Positions 36,854 to 47,847 of a stretch of DNA of 64,000 nt are shown here, in pieces. Numbering within the stretch: position 1 is the first letter of the stretch; each line of letters begins with the position of its first letter. The position numbers and the translations under genes are program-made. The notes under the pieces are model-generated. The model did no database searches, was not told the origin of the DNA, and saw only the letters and a program-made list of their open reading frames with translations. Source of the DNA: a virus; the IMG/VR virus record IMGVR_UViG_3300045988_039227, positions 32,001 through 96,000 of that record; one strand, 5' to 3'.

Positions 36854-39800
36854 TTAAGTGCTCTATTTCTGTATTGTTACAGTATTATCTACGAAATACT
36901 TATTACTAAAAGTTGTTGCAATCATTTTATCTTCTGATATTGAATGATAAAAACGATCATACCATAAATTAGGATATATTTCCGCAGAATTATTATCTCC
37001 AAATTTTATAAGCCCGATAAAATCATTTATTGGGGCACTAAAGTTAATTCTATAAGGTAATTTTCCAACTTCTATTTTAATAGGTTTTATATATACATCT
37101 TTACTTGGACTGGTTTGAGTAAAATACACTTTACAGTTAATCGTATCGTCATCATTGGCATATGTTGAGTCAATGGAATCAATATTGATTCCAAAATAAA
37201 CATTCATGCCATCATTTATAAATTCCAAACTACTATAAGACATAGAGGTATTCTCAGTTTCCCAAGTAACTCCTTTTTGCCATTTGCCAACATTGTCTTT
37301 ATTTGTATCAAATGCAAAAACTCCACTATTAAAATAGTATGTAAACTTAGCACTTAATGTATAAAAATTACTTGGACCATCTAGGTCATAACTTGTACTA
37401 TAAGCTCCATATGAATAGCATAAAGCCTATTTTTCACTTTCAGATTTCTTTGTATACCCTGTTAATATAAACTATTTATCTTTTGATTCAACACTAGCAT
37501 CTTCGGAATCCTTATTATAAACACTATATGATAACCTTATGCTTTCCTTTTCTTTTACCCCATACCAATTAGTATAAAGATTACACTGTATAGAAATTAT
37601 GCCATTTTCATTAGTTAATGATTGCAATACGGTTTTACCATCAACTGTTGATTCATCACCTCCGTGTTCATTTAAATATTTAGATATAGATTTAAAGTCT
37701 ATAAATGAATATTCATTTCCTAGTCCAGTGTTATCTCCTGCAAAATACAAGAATTTTTGATAATCTGATATAATGGTGCCTTTATATCCTGCATAATTCC
37801 AGTTGTTTTTAGAGCTATCTAATACAGAATTAAGATTTACATAAGTAGCCTAATCTAAGTCTTTTCCAGAATTCCAGTTGTAAGTAAACATTACAGCGTC
37901 TCCAGAAATGATCTATATACCCTTTTTCTCTTGAATAAGCTATATTGTGCAGAATTTATTCTTCTATCCCGTTATACTTACACGGAATACAACTCCTTTA
38001 GATTCTGAATAGTCTGTATTCTCTTCTAATGGATAGAAGTCTACTAATGTACCACGTTTGTTAACGGAAAATTTGCTCTAAGGCGCATAACTTGTCACAC
38101 TATACTCTACAGCTTCTGTTGATACAACTTCATTTGATTCGTTTATAAATTCTTTATAAGCGTTTACATATACTGTCTTTTTAGAAGATTCACCATACTG
38201 GTCGCTCTACCAAACTAATGACACTGTATTATCATTGATTTTATCTGCACTTAATCCAACATATAGATGATACTTAGCAGTAAGCACTACGCGTTTACCA
38301 TCCTATGTACAATCAATAGTAACAGACTTATCGTTCTTGGTTATAGTTTCGGTCCATTCTTTCTACTGTGTAGATGTATTAGCTTCTGCTGTTATTTCTT
38401 CCTCTGTTGTAGTTTCTTCAAACTTCTGATTATCATTGTCGTTAGTTTGCCAAGTGTACCAAGTAGTTACAGAGACACTTTGTGTTCCACCAGCTGCCTC
38501 AAAATGCAAAGATGTAGGATCTGCAGAAATACCCCAAACTTTAACATTAGCTTCTTGAGTATATGACCACTAAAGTTCTTTATTTGAACCATCTTGAATA
38601 AGTTTGCCACTCTCAGTTACCTCTTGATCACTGTAATTATATCCAGATGGTCTTCCTATTTGTCCAGAATACTAAACGTCCTCTTTCTTAACTGTACCAA
38701 ATGTACCTGTTTTAGTTCTATAAGAAGTTATGCCATCTAACGTAAAGCCATCAGCATGCTTAATCTCTTGACCATTTGCATAGTATTGTCTACTCCATGA
38801 TGTACCAGTGCTAGATCCGCCATTGGTATCGCTTATATTATACTCAAATACATATGTCCAATCTTCAGGGAACTCTTCAGCTTTGTTTGGTTGCGTCCAA
38901 AAAACTTCAGCAGTAGGAGTCTGAGATGAATCGTTATTATAGTAATACGTTTTACTACCACTTCTAGATGATTGTGTAGTATTTGCATCTACTGTTATCG
39001 TATCAGATATACTACCAATCTCCTTTCTTGTGCCAAGCGTTCCAGTTAAACCATACGTTCCAGTTATATCTACTGATCCACCATCTGCAGGGAACGCAAA
39101 CTGTGTTGGAGAAACATCTATCCATCTATGTTCTGTGTCATCTGGGAACTCTTCAGCATATGTTACTATAGATGTTGCCTTTAATCCATTATATTGTACA
39201 GATATTGTTCCGGTACAATTAACACTAGATGCAGCAGAAGTAAACTGCATTCCGTCTTTAGAATGTGAGAAAGACTGACCAGACACATGAGTATCACTAA
39301 TAGTATAATCAATAGTAGGATGCTCTATTGTATCAGAAGCATTTAGCACAACATTTACTGATCCATCTCTAGAAATAGTACCAGAAGTATTATCCCAAGT
39401 TTTTGTTGTCTTTACTCTACTGTAGTTAACAGTAAACTATTTTGACAAACCTTCATTCAAACTCCATGACGATGGTAATAAAGAAATAGTGCCATCATTA
39501 TATGATTCGCCTACTCCACCTCCATTTACAGTAAAACCAACAGACTATGGTGCCTCACTTTCGGTTCTTACTCTAACGGTGTATTGGAATGTATAATTAT
39601 TACCAGATGTTGTATATCTTGTAATAGATGTCCCATTTATAGTTACAGTAGGTACAGAATCACATGTGGCTACAAGTGTATAAGTACAATCTACATCAGC
39701 CTCTTTAGCTTCCTGTATAATAGTAATAGTATCAGACTTTCCTGTAGCATTAGAACCAGTTATATGACCAGTTCTCTAATCACCAATATTTGGACTTACA

Positions 39801-40162
39801 GTAAATCTTATTTCGGTACCGTTTATCACGATATTTGTAATCCAATCTACGTCAGATGTAGCATTGTATGGTATTGTGTTACCATCTATATCTCTTGATG
39901 ATACAGACGTTGTATATGTATTACCTGAAGCCTGTGGATTATATCCCTTATTAGTAAAAGAGAAGTTGCTAAGATCCGGTTTATCTTCAACAGAGAATAT
40001 ATCTATATACTCATTGTTAAGATACTGCGACAAATTAGATGTAATATCCTTTCTGTGAGCCTGTGCTATTTCTACAGCAGCAGACTTAGTTATGCATTCA
40101 TTTGTACCAGATGCGTCGTCTCCTACAAGCTAATAAACTTTTTTATATGTTAATATTTCCAT
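36854..40162 (-). CDS. Large tail fibre/spike protein, 1,102 aa, with repeated Ig/BACON-like beta modules (inference)
   Basis: ATG at 40162-40160, TAA stop at 36856-36854. Fragments 39776..40033, 38672..39349, 37472..37750 and 36863..37243 are in one frame. All gaps read: ~17 TAG, no TAA/TGA. Both the N-terminus and the C-terminal domain are paralogous to the 40165..41310 gene. Confidence 0.75.
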
Positions 40163-40164
40163 TT

Positions 40165-41310
40165 TTATGATTTATTAGTCTCAATACTAAACATTCCGCT
40201 ATTAAAGTAATATGTAAACGTAGCTGATAATGTCATATTCAACTAAGGGTTATTGTAATTATTTTTGCCTTGTGTATCACAATATGACTGAATGGCATTA
40301 CGACCAGATTCTCTAACGCCATTTATATTAAATGTGTAGTCTCCAGCGTCATTCCAACTAAAGTTGTCTCCAGACTTATTGTATGCGATATAATTAATAT
40401 TTATATCATGACCATTAGTATTATACCATACAGTATATAGATATACTTTACAAGTAAGAAGACCGTTCTGGTCCGTAATAGCCTATATCATCGTCTGACC
40501 AGTTGTTGATATTTTGTCTCTATTTTCGCTTATATACTTAGCTATAGAATCGAAATCAACCAAAGCGTGCTCTTGACCCATTCCAGTGTTGTCTCCAGCA
40601 AATCCTAGAACGTTAATTCCATTAGGGAGTGATACTCTGCTATTTGTTCCAAAACCAACATATATATCTTGCACACCATTTACAAAGCATGCAACAGTTG
40701 TTGCCTGGTTAAGATCTGTACCAGTACTCCAACTATAAGTAAAGTCGACAACATCGCCACAAACTAATTCAATACCAGTTCTAACCTATATCAAATTAAT
40801 TTTACACTCCTTTGATTCGTCTTCGCTGTTTATTACTTTAATATTTTCTACTACAAACTAACTATTTGTATTTTCGTCTTTAGGCCAAAAAGAATAACCA
40901 TCTGTATTATTTACGTATTCAAACTTTTCTGGTTCTATCAGAATTCTACATTCGACAGGATTGTCACTAAGCTTCTATCCAGTGATAAGATACGTATGTT
41001 TGAGAGCCTTTACATATATTCTTTTTGCATCGGAATTATTCTTAGCCTATGCTGAAAATATTGCTTGAGCAGTATCGCTCCAGCTCTCATTGTCATACGA
41101 TACCTGTATAGAATATTCGACCCTAGTCTAGCTTTCACATTCGAACTCATCTATAAGTTCTGAATCAGAATAGCTAGAAAGGTCGTTAGTTATTCTCTTT
41201 AGCTTCTAACTAGCAATATCTTGAGCTTCACTTTTAGTAATAATCTCATTTGTACTTAATGAAGTAGCTCCGACTTCATTATATACTTGTTTTTGTGTTA
41301 GAAGCTCCAT
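40165..41310 (-). CDS. Tail fibre/spike paralog, 381 aa
   Basis: ATG at 41310-41308, TAA stop at 40167-40165, 8 TAG, no TAA/TGA. The N-terminus MELLTQKQVYNEVGATSLSTNEIITKSEAQDIA and the C-terminal FAGDNTGMG...FTYYFNSGMF match the 36854..40162 gene. Confidence 0.7.
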
Positions 41311-41316
41311 AATAGA

Positions 41317-42120
41317 TTAATCTGTAATTTTAAAGAAATGCTGAGCATTTACATTGCTAATACCGGCTGCAGGAGTAAGTGTACCTCCGTTCTTAACCCA
41401 GTATCTATTGAGAACCTGCTCAATCTTGCTCTCAATATCATTACCACCAATAGCTTGCTGAATCAACTGGTTTATTTTGTTTTCGATGTAGTTTGTAACA
41501 TCGTTGTTCTACTTAATAGTAGAGCTAAGATCACCAGCTACCCACCGGCCATTTGTGTAGACAAGTACATTGCCCTCTCTACCTTCTGGCAAGAAAGCTT
41601 GTGCTCCTGTACCGTTAATCTTTCCGTTGATAGTAATATTGTTAAGAGTTGTATTTCCGTCAACTCTAAGGTCGCCTTCGCTCTTTATAAGATTATGAAC
41701 TGTAAGAGTATTACAGTCTAACTGAAGAGCTTTAAATACGCCCATTACATCGAGGTCGTTGCAAGTGATCTTATGGTCAGCCTGGATACTAACAGGATTA
41801 CCATGAGCTGTAAGCTTGTCATAAGCATCAAGTGTGCCACGAATTTCCTGATTGCCATTTATATCCTAGTTACCACGAACAGTCTGATCACCTTCTACGG
41901 TAGTATTACCCTCGAACACAGCATCGCCATGGAATGTAGCTCTATTAAACTCCGGATTACTTTTAAAGTCTTCCATTTTGTTATCGATGCTCTTTACAAC
42001 ATCTTCAATAGAAGACTTGTTTTTCTCAGACCAGATCTAACTAGCATCTGCAACAATGCCTTCTGTTGAGACATTTACAAGCTTACCATATATCTGAATA
42101 TCTTCGTTTGTTGCGTTCAT
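41317..42120 (-). CDS. Tail fibre-family protein, 267 aa
   Basis: ATG at 42120-42118, TAA stop at 41319-41317, 3 TAG. The N-terminus MNATNEDIQIYGKLVNVSTEGIVADAS is paralogous to 36537..36806. Confidence 0.7.
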
Positions 42121-42122
42121 GA

Positions 42123-43505
42123 TTATTTATTCTTAAATTTAACATAAACAGTAGAACCGCCTGTAGAAACGTTTCTCTTCATTGGATTAGGGCAGCAATA
42201 ATAATATCTAGAATCATTAAGCTTATGCTGAGGCTTAGTGAGAGGGATGTATGTTGCTGCGCCAACATTACCAACGCCCTGTGTATTAATGTTAGCAGCG
42301 TACAAGATAGGTTGACGTGTAACAATCCACAAGTACTGTCCATCTGTATCGTTCTCTACAGTAGTAGCGTCTGTAAGACTATTTACCTTTGTAAGAAGTG
42401 CAAGGTTTACATTCTCTACACCAACTGCATTGAAAGATTCTTGATCCTTTGTCTCGAAAGACTGATCCTTACGGTTAAATCCATATTTGTAATCGTCTTC
42501 CATATTCTCTGGGAATGGACGTACTGGCAAGAAGCCAATGTAATCATAATCGCCACCAATTACAGTAACGTTAAAACCGGTGCTAACTTCGTTATTTTTA
42601 GCTGACACTGTTACGTATGTTGATACTGTATCATTCTAATCAAGAGCCTTAATAAGACCCGTGTGCTGATCAATTACTACAACACCAGTCTTAGCTGCAT
42701 GGAAGTCGAGCTGTTCGTAAGGCCAGTTGTCTGGAGTATACTCAAGTACCGAACCATTCTCTAGCTCTACTTCAATATAATACTGATGATCTCTTGTGTC
42801 GAGTTCTCCTAGTCTAAGAGATGTATTGCCATACATGTTAAGGTCGCCCTTAACTCTAATGGACAAAATATTCTTATTCATAAGATCGTCCTTATCTACA
42901 TCAAGTGTAATGTCGCCACTTGCACCAGACTTATCGTCTACAAGTTGAAGAACGTCACCGTAGTCCATTGTGTATGTATGGAGATCTGTGCGACCCCAAC
43001 CTGGTTCATAAATCATAGCCTGTACAACGAGTTTGTATACACCACAGAACATCTGATCCTTTGCAGGGAAGTAGCACTGAATAGAGTTAGCCTTAGGCAG
43101 AACTCTAGAGTATGCCAAATATGTAAAGTCCTCACAAGCGCAGCAATTTACAGCATCATATGCCTTTCTGTACTTTGGTGGCAATATGCCAGGTCCTGCT
43201 GCAGGATTGCAACCATGAGGGTCAAGCATGCATCGGAAGTTATGACTACAATAATAGTCATTGTGACAGCAGTCATGATGATCACAGTGTGGCAATACAT
43301 GATATTTTGGATGACCACACATATTCGTCATATATCCACAACCATGAACATGCTTATTGCAGAAGCAATCGACTGGAAAATAGTCGAGCATTGATGTGTT
43401 AATTAAATAACACTTAAGCTGTTTGATATTAGCTTGATCGTACGTACGTGGACCACGAAGTGTAAGATTTAATCTTATATCGTTTCCAATTCTAATTCTT
43501 TGCAT
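42123..43505 (-). CDS. Structural protein with a Cys/His-rich insert, 460 aa
   Basis: ATG at 43505-43503, TAA stop at 42125-42123. Track ORFs 42636..43565 and 42123..42608 are in the same frame and are joined by a single TAG at 42636..42638. The TTG-start extension in the track covers the upstream terminator, so I rejected it. Confidence 0.7.
43134..43367 (-). other. Cys/His-rich segment: 10 Cys and 10 His in 53 residues, plus a downstream CCxC
   Basis: DCFCNKHVHGCGYMTNMCGHPKYHVLPHCDHHDCCHNDYYCSHNFRCMLDPHGC at residues 46-99, then NCCACE at residues 120-125. Confidence 0.8.
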
Positions 43506-43521
43506 ATTATAATATGTGTTT

Positions 43522-43563
43522 AAAAACAAAAAGCCGAGATAGGGTAAGAACCCCCACCCCGGC
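43522..43563 (-). terminator. Intrinsic terminator specific to the minus-strand transcript
   Basis: The minus-strand RNA is GCCGGGGUGGGG-GUUCUUA-CCCUAUCUCGGC followed by UUUUUGUUUUU. This gives a 12-bp stem in which three pairs are G-U. Those three pairs would be A-C mismatches in a plus-strand transcript. It starts 7 nt after the TAA of 43570..44694. Confidence 0.7.
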
Positions 43564-43569
43564 AATTAA

Positions 43570-44694
43570 TTAAAAGTTTGCTTTATCGTAAGCAGCAGAG
43601 TTGTCAACTGGGTTAACAATGTTCTGACGAGAAGCGATCATAGTCTAGAGCTTTGTAATAAAGCCATCTGCAATCTGATCAGCACCCATAGCCTCACCAT
43701 TGTTAGAAGCGTAGATCTCAACTGTCTGCTTTGTTCTACGCCAAAGATCATCAGCTGTACGGTACTGGTTCTCAAATTCGATAGTAATACCGTCGTACTT
43801 GTTATCGAGATTTGTTACCATAGCTGGCTGAGGATCGTACCAGCAGCAACGGTGCAAAACGCCCTGATAGTCAAATGTAGCACGCTCGCGATCACGTACC
43901 AATTTAGCTGTTGCTGGGTATGTAACGCCTTCCTTCTTAGAGAAGACAACACCGAGGTCGTACTTGTTATTTGAAGCCCAACCTGGAGCAGCAGGGTTCA
44001 TCCAATACATGTTTGCATCGAAACGACCCTTCATGTAAACGTTCTCTGTTCTATTAGACTCATCGTCATCATACTTCATCTGTGTAAGAACGAGCTTCTG
44101 ACCATCGATCTTAGCATATACACGCTGACGCTTTGGAGCGCGGATAATATCCTTGATCAAGCCAGCAATAATGCTTTCTACAGTGTCACCAACCTTTGTT
44201 ACGTAGCTGTATGACTCTGTCCATTTACGATAGCGCATTGGCATATCCTTGAAAGTAAGACGGAGAACAACTGGGCAACCACCCTATGCGAGGAGATCCA
44301 TAGTCTCAGGAGCAATACCGCTGAAATCGATTGTAATCTCATCCTCAGAATCCTCCTTATAGTCAAGCTTAGCAACAGACTTGATATCTGCCACATTGAT
44401 AATGTTAGACCACTTTACAACTGGTACAAATGTAACATTACCAAGCTTATCAACCTTCTGGAAGCTATCAGATGTAACAACACCAATCTTAAAGCGATCA
44501 GCTGCTGCATCCATCTTATAAACATCCTCAATAGCAGTACCATCCTGCTTAGCTGGATCACAGTTCATAAATACGAACTTACCAACCAATGGCTTAAGAT
44601 CTTCCTTCTTAGCCTTACCCTTCAACTCTTCTGCAGTAGCGAGGGTTTCACCGTTCTTGTTAGAAACGAGAACTGAATTTACGTATGTAATCAT
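43570..44694 (-). CDS. Virion structural protein, 374 aa, possibly abundant
   Basis: ATG at 44694-44692, TAA stop at 43572-43570. Track ORFs 44284..44694 and 43645..44244 are in the same frame and joined across TAG (2 TAG in total). It is followed by the strongest terminator in the window, and its codon usage looks more GC-rich than its neighbours. Confidence 0.7.
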
Positions 44695-44773
44695 ATTAAA
44701 ATTAATTTTTTCTACTCACCCTATAATATTAACACTAGACCTAACTAGCTGGGCTTTCCACGTTAAAATTATG

Positions 44774-45469
44774 TTATTCTTGTGTATCTACCTCTTGAGT
44801 TATAGTTTTATAGCGCTCATCTTTTTTGTTTTCCAAATACATCTGAGCTGCAATTTTTATAATCTCGGGCATAATAATATCCTCGAAATCCTCATATTCA
44901 TCATAAGGATTATCAAGTGTTATTTCTGTAGGCTTTCTGAGATAACCTAAAGAATATTTACTAATCTTGTATTGCTTGTCTGTAAGCAACATGCATCCAT
45001 TAGAGTTTCTTACACGTAGAGGTCTAGCTCTATGAAATCTGTAATGGAAGTCTGTAAGACTGTTGTTGACTCTGTACATAAAACTATCCTGTGTACATTC
45101 AAACATACATGTATTGATTTTATTCTCTCCATCAAGGTCGCTTATCACGACGTCCTCATTGAGTGAGAACATGAAGTCTTCTGGATAGATTATTGTATAA
45201 GATGTATATGACGGTTGATTTTCATCTACAATCATACTTCTTAATGTATAAGTTTTCTATTTGTATAGCTTAATAAGATCAGTTCTACGCTTTTCATTTT
45301 GTTCATACGAAGTTCCGTGAACAAGATCGCTATTAAACCTAAGCTTAATAAACTTACCAACAGCCTAATTAAGCCAGAATAAAGATTCGTCAGTAGATGG
45401 TTTGTCTAACTGGCTATCAAATTTATTTATCTCTCTTTCTAGCCCCACCAAAATATCTATATTCTTCAT
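44774..45469 (-). CDS. Hypothetical head/neck-class protein, 231 aa
   Basis: ATG at 45469-45467 overlaps the upstream TAA (TAATG); TAA stop at 44776-44774. 2 TAG. Extends track ORF 44774..45235 upstream. Confidence 0.65.
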
Positions 45470-46212
45470 TACTCAGCCTCCTACTATTTTGGTTGTGATT
45501 GTTTAGAATTACCCTAAGCAAGCTTTAGTTTATACCGATTCAAATACATGTCCACAGCTCCTGATACAAGTTCCTCAAAACATGAGTACGGGAGTGAACA
45601 GTAGCTATGTACAGCTCCAGCCGATTGATCATTATCATCAAACTTTAATACATTGAATGCATTAGGCTGGCAGTAGTATGTAAGATCTACACTTTCTATC
45701 TATGTATATGTGTCAGATATAACTTTAAACTAATTACTTGTATAACTAGTATTTTCGAATACAACTAATGGGTTCTTTATGATTCCCTTGTAGTTGTAAT
45801 ATGCATTGATTACATTGTCTACATCTTCTTGCTTAACAAGTATGTTAGGCGTAATTACGCCATTTTCTAAAACCTTATCACTTTTGTAATTTTTTGTAAC
45901 GATGCTTTCAGATCTTACGTACATTGCATAATTGTCTGGAAGGTTATATATGCCATCATCATTTGATGTCTTTATATTAACTCGCCTAATTAAAGATCTA
46001 CTAACATCGCTTATTCTTTTAGCTCGTCTAGTACCACGCTGAAAATCGTCTTCGGTAGAATACAGTATTTTAACATACTGTGTCTAGAACTCGCTTAAGA
46101 ATGAATATATCGCATCGGTATTAAGTTTTTGTTCTGATGCAAACTAAGGATATACTTCAATCAGTCTGCGCTCAAACTCAATACCAAGTTTTCTTGTTTC
46201 TTCTCTTGTCAT
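45469..46212 (-). CDS. Hypothetical head/neck-class protein, 247 aa
   Basis: ATG at 46212-46210 overlaps the upstream TGA (ATGA); TAA stop at 45471-45469. 7 TAG, including a TAG-TAG pair at 45481..45486. No TAA/TGA. Confidence 0.65.
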
Positions 46213-46937
46213 GATTCAAGTGGTCTAGTATTAGCTTTAGTAGCAAGTCTACTAGATTCTACAATCTCAGTAGACATAATAATTGCCAAATTAATTAATT
46301 CTTCAGCCATGCTATCAGATAGTTCAAATTCAGTCTATCCGAAATCATAGTCGGTTACTGACAGTCCTTGTCCGACAGCGAATTTTGCAGGACGTTTAAT
46401 AAACGTAAATTCAGCTTTTGACTGAGCTCCATTATATTGTACATCCATTGGATCTACGTATATTACAACGTTATTATTTTCTATACACCCTACAGGCTAT
46501 TCAACCCAAGGTAAATTTATTTTTGTAGCTCTAAACTTTTTGGCAATATCATGCGATACGAATACTATGTTTTCATACTGATGATCAATATCGTCATGAG
46601 AGGTAATGCTTCCCTTAATTTCTATTTCTCCATCAATTATGTACAAAATAAGATTATTCATAGTGTGTGTACTAAATGTATAGCTATTATCGCCAGATAA
46701 ACTACCAATGGCTGTGAATTTATTAATCAATGGCTACAAATCTTCAGTTGCTTTCATATCTGACTCAAACGCTGACTTTCTTGGATTATTCCCTGTATAT
46801 TTTTGAGCTATAAGAGCTAAGTAGGCTTTGTCGAGTATTGTTGCAACTTCATATTTAGTTAGCGACGGATATGACGAAGTTATATTTGCCTTGTCATATT
46901 CAATCATAAACTTAGTATAAATATCACTATGCGTCAT
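46209..46937 (-). CDS. Hypothetical head/neck-class protein, 242 aa
   Basis: ATG at 46937-46935, TGA stop at 46211-46209. Track ORFs 46734..46937 and 46497..46730 are in the same frame. 3 TAG. Confidence 0.65.
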
Positions 46938-46949
46938 ACGTCGTTAGTT

Positions 46950-47705
46950 TAATTATTTATTTTCGACCTGATTAATAATCGAGATCTTTAAGTCTTGATT
47001 CTTCTTTGCGTCCAAGTATGCAATACAATCCTGTAATGAGTCTGCAAGCATCTCAGAACCATAGTAATACTGTGTTCTATCCTTACGGATAATACCTTTG
47101 GCAATAGCACTCTCGATCAAGAACTCTGTTTCCTTTGTCTTATTATTAACCCACTTTGTAAAGAAGTTCTGTGGCTACTTATCAACCAATGAGAACAGTG
47201 TAGACTCTACAAGCTCATTAGACATTGTATCAGCACTAACACCGAACAGTCTAAGACACTTACGCATCTCTTCAAGAGAAAGCTTACCAAAGGCGATAAT
47301 AGCGTCTCTACGAAGCTTGTTAATCTTATTCTTCTCAATAGCTTCAGCCTGTCTATTAATAAGCAGGTAATCTTTGCCAGCATTGAGTTTATCGAGTGAT
47401 GTAGCTACTCTCTTATGTCCCTCAAGGAACTTAATGATCATAGCCTGACGTGGGAATGAGTCATCGAGGATTGTGCTCTTAGATCCAACCTTAACACAGA
47501 ATGTATTCCAGAATGGGGAATTCTTAGCGAGATGGCCTTCTGGATAGCCAAGCTCCTTTTCAAATTTCTTTTCGTCCTCAGGTGTTAAACCTGTGTATAT
47601 CGACCCAGATCTGGTAAAGTAAGGTGCAATATAATCAAAGCAATGCTTGTACTTTAACAATCCAGCCCAGGGATTTTTCTTTCTGATTTTTAATTCAACT
47701 ACCAT
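46950..47705 (-). CDS. Hypothetical protein, 251 aa, immediately downstream of the capsid gene
   Basis: ATG at 47705-47703, TAA stop at 46952-46950. Track ORF 47175..47705 ends in TAG, and the frame stays open for a further 74 codons. Confidence 0.6.
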
Positions 47706-47847
47706 AATTTTTCAATTAGTTGTTGCAATGCCAAGCTCCCGTGTACTATCCGTCTTTTATCGTGTAGCACGCCCGTTGCCGAATAGTCAAATCCCACGGA
47801 AGATTATTGGAATCCACGGGGTTGAACATTGTATATTATTTAATTAA
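47706..47847 (-). other. Longest non-coding spacer in the window (142 nt), with nested inverted repeats
   Basis: Nested stems in plus-strand coordinates: 47738-43 with 47815-20 (6 bp), 47745-52 with 47780-87 (8 bp, one G-U on the minus-strand RNA), and 47761-64 with 47768-71 (4 bp). There is also a direct repeat (T/A)CCCACGG / ATCCACGG at 47792-99 and 47812-19. Confidence 0.4.

Noticed and set aside
42636-42638. The TAG at 42636..42638 (and likewise 44284 and 43645) could be a true gene boundary separating two proteins.
   Set aside because: There is no start codon or spacer right after these TAGs, and the frame is identical on both sides. Partial termination at such sites cannot be excluded from sequence alone.
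43506-43565. The TTG-initiated N-terminal extension (MPGWGFLPYLGF...) of track ORF 42636..43565.
   Set aside because: The extension is the terminator hairpin and U-tract of the upstream gene. The first ATG at 43505 gives a sensible start.
47761-47771. CGTG-CTA-CACG in the capsid-downstream spacer could be a CUA anticodon stem-loop.
   Set aside because: The loop is only 3 nt, there is no U33 or purine-37 context, and no cloverleaf forms around it.
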